NCBI GenBank assembly: GCA_041905385.1
Contig: JAYRLF010000003.1
Location: forward strand, 1 to 38,541
Origin: Allosphingosinicella sp.
Lineage (GTDB): Bacteria; Pseudomonadota; Alphaproteobacteria; Sphingomonadales; Sphingomonadaceae
Direction of reading: 5' to 3'
Length of the DNA: 38,541 nt
Position numbers and translations under genes: made by a program. This document shows, in pieces, positions 36,948-38,541 of the stretch (the stretch's first letter is position 1; every line of letters begins with the position of its first letter). The notes under the pieces were generated by a model. It was not told where the DNA came from. It did not search any database and saw only the letters and a program-made list of their open reading frames with translations.

Positions 36948-38540
36948 TCAGCCGTCTGCCGCGTCCGCCGCCTCGATTATCTCGACGGCCGTGAGCGCGA
37001 CCAGATCGTTCGAGGCGGCGTCGGGCATGGCCTCGACGTCGCGCAGCTGGCGATCGACGGCACGGCGGCGAACGCCGGCCGCCTCAACCACATTCTGGGC
37101 CTCGCCAAGCTTCTTCTGGACCTTGTCCAGCACGTCGCCGAACTTGCCGAACTCGTGCTTGACCTTGCCGAGCACGCTCCAGACCTCGCCGGAGCGCTGC
37201 TGGATGGCAAGCGTCCGGAATCCCATCCGGATCGCCGACAGGATCGCGGCGAGATTGGTCGGCCCGGCGACGGTGACGCGATAGTCGCGCTGCAGCGTGT
37301 CGACCAGGCCCGGGCGACGCAGCACCTCGGCATAAAGGCCTTCGTTCGGCAGGAACATTATGCCGAGATCGGTGCTGTGCGGCGGGCAGATATATTTGTC
37401 GTGGATGTTCTTCGCCGACTGCCTGATCGCGCGCTCGATCCCCTTGCCCGCCTCCTCGACCGCCGCGACGTCGCCGCGCTCGGTCGCCTCGACCAGCCGC
37501 TCATAATCCTCGGTCGGCATCTTGGCGTCGATCGGCAGCCACAAGGGCGCGTCCTCGTCGCCCGGCAGCTTGATCGCATATTCGACGCGCTGGCCCGAGT
37601 GCGGCTTCACCTCGACATTCTCGGCATATTGGTCGCACGTCATCACCTGCTCGAGCAGCAGCCCGAGCGTCACCTCGCCCCAAGTGCCGCGGCTCTTGAC
37701 ATTGGTCAGCACGCGCTTGAGGTCGCCGACACCGGTCGCGAGGGTCTGCATCTCGCCGACCGACTTGTAGACCCGCTCGAGATTCTCGTTGACCTGGGTG
37801 AAGGAGGCGCCGAGCCGCGCCTCGAGCGTGCCCTGCAACTTCTCGTCGACCGTGACCCGCATCTGCTCGAGCTTCTCGGCATTCTCGTTGCGGATCGAGT
37901 CGAGCCGCCCCTCCACCGTCAGCCGCAGCGCCTCCTGCCGCCGCTCATTGGCCTCGGTCATCTCCTTGATCGAGCCGGCCACCGACGCGAGGCCCTCCGA
38001 CTGGCGCCGGGCCGCGGCCTCGAGTCCTTCCGCCTGCTTGCCGGCGGCCGCGTCCAGCGCCTCCGCCTGCTTCTTCGCCGCCGCATCCAGGGCCTCGGTC
38101 TGCTTCCTGGCGGCGGCGTCGAGCGAATCGACGAGACGCGTTCCCAGCGTCGACAGGGTCTGGCCGACCTCCTCGCGCAGCGCCTTGCCTTGCGCCTCGC
38201 TGGCCGAGCGGCCGTCGCTGAGCTGGGTCGCGAAGCCGTCGAGCCGTTCGCCTTGGGCCAAGCCGAGCGCGGTGACGGCGCCGGTCAGGCTGGTACCGAA
38301 GCCATCGAGTCGGGTCGCCATCTCCTCACGCGCCATGCGCGCCGAGGCCGCATTCTCCTCGCGCAGGCCGGCGAAACCGGCCTGGGCCGCGGCGACACTC
38401 TCGGTGAGCCGCCCCGACATCTCGTCGAGCTTGACCTGCAGCGCCGCCGTCCCCTCGCGCGAGCGGATCAGGAGATAGGTCGCGGCGATGGCGACCAGGT
38501 TGAGCGCAAGCAAAGCGAGGATGGGGATCTCGAAACTCAT
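36948..38540 (-). CDS. rmuC: DNA recombination protein RmuC family
   Basis: N-terminal TM, long coiled coil, KLEQMRVTVDEKL, NVKSRGTWGE, LPIDAKMP, MFLPNEGLY, GPTNL. Confidence 0.92.
   Translation of the reverse strand: MSFEIPILALLALNLVAIAATYLLIRSREGTAALQVKLDEMSGRLTESVAAAQAGFAGLREENAASARMAREEMATRLDGFGTSLTGAVTALGLAQGERLDGFATQLSDGRSASEAQGKALREEVGQTLSTLGTRLVDSLDAAARKQTEALDAAAKKQAEALDAAAGKQAEGLEAAARRQSEGLASVAGSIKEMTEANERRQEALRLTVEGRLDSIRNENAEKLEQMRVTVDEKLQGTLEARLGASFTQVNENLERVYKSVGEMQTLATGVGDLKRVLTNVKSRGTWGEVTLGLLLEQVMTCDQYAENVEVKPHSGQRVEYAIKLPGDEDAPLWLPIDAKMPTEDYERLVEATERGDVAAVEEAGKGIERAIRQSAKNIHDKYICPPHSTDLGIMFLPNEGLYAEVLRRPGLVDTLQRDYRVTVAGPTNLAAILSAIRMGFRTLAIQQRSGEVWSVLGKVKHEFGKFGDVLDKVQKKLGEAQNVVEAAGVRRRAVDRQLRDVEAMPDAASNDLVALTAVEIIEAADAADG
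37989..38123 (-). repeat. Four 33-bp (11-aa) tandem repeats within rmuC
   Basis: LDAAARKQTEA / LDAAAKKQAEA / LDAAAGKQAEG / LEAAARRQSEG. Confidence 0.8.
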
Positions 38541-38541
38541 C

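Overview
GC-rich alphaproteobacterial DNA (Sphingomonadaceae/Caulobacterales-like; inferred from gene content and repeat types) in two parts. Bases 1-9119 are host chromosome: the 5' end of a TonB-dependent receptor, a LytS/LytTR two-component pair, a two-gene patch bounded by palindromic repeats, an amino-sugar recycling cluster (murQ, BadF-type kinase, nagA, SIS deaminase), dedA and pmtA. At 9120-9165 an orphan 3' half of tRNA-Gln(TTG) marks the att end of an integrative conjugative element that runs past the right edge. Its cargo is (i) a papain-like protease operon, (ii) a membrane protein/divergent ABC transporter/TylF methyltransferase operon, and (iii) a DriD-like WYL regulator divergent from a TM0106-type nuclease-helicase followed by a small ubiquitin-like gene. 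The cargo is followed by a P-type conjugation operon (traG, trbBCDEJLFGI; trbE frameshifted, trbK missing) and rmuC. The best novelty candidates are the WYL/nuclease-helicase/Ubl module with a shared operator-like motif, the repeat-bounded cassette-like array at 2422-3525, and the protease operon. All family calls come from motif recognition by eye; no searches were run.
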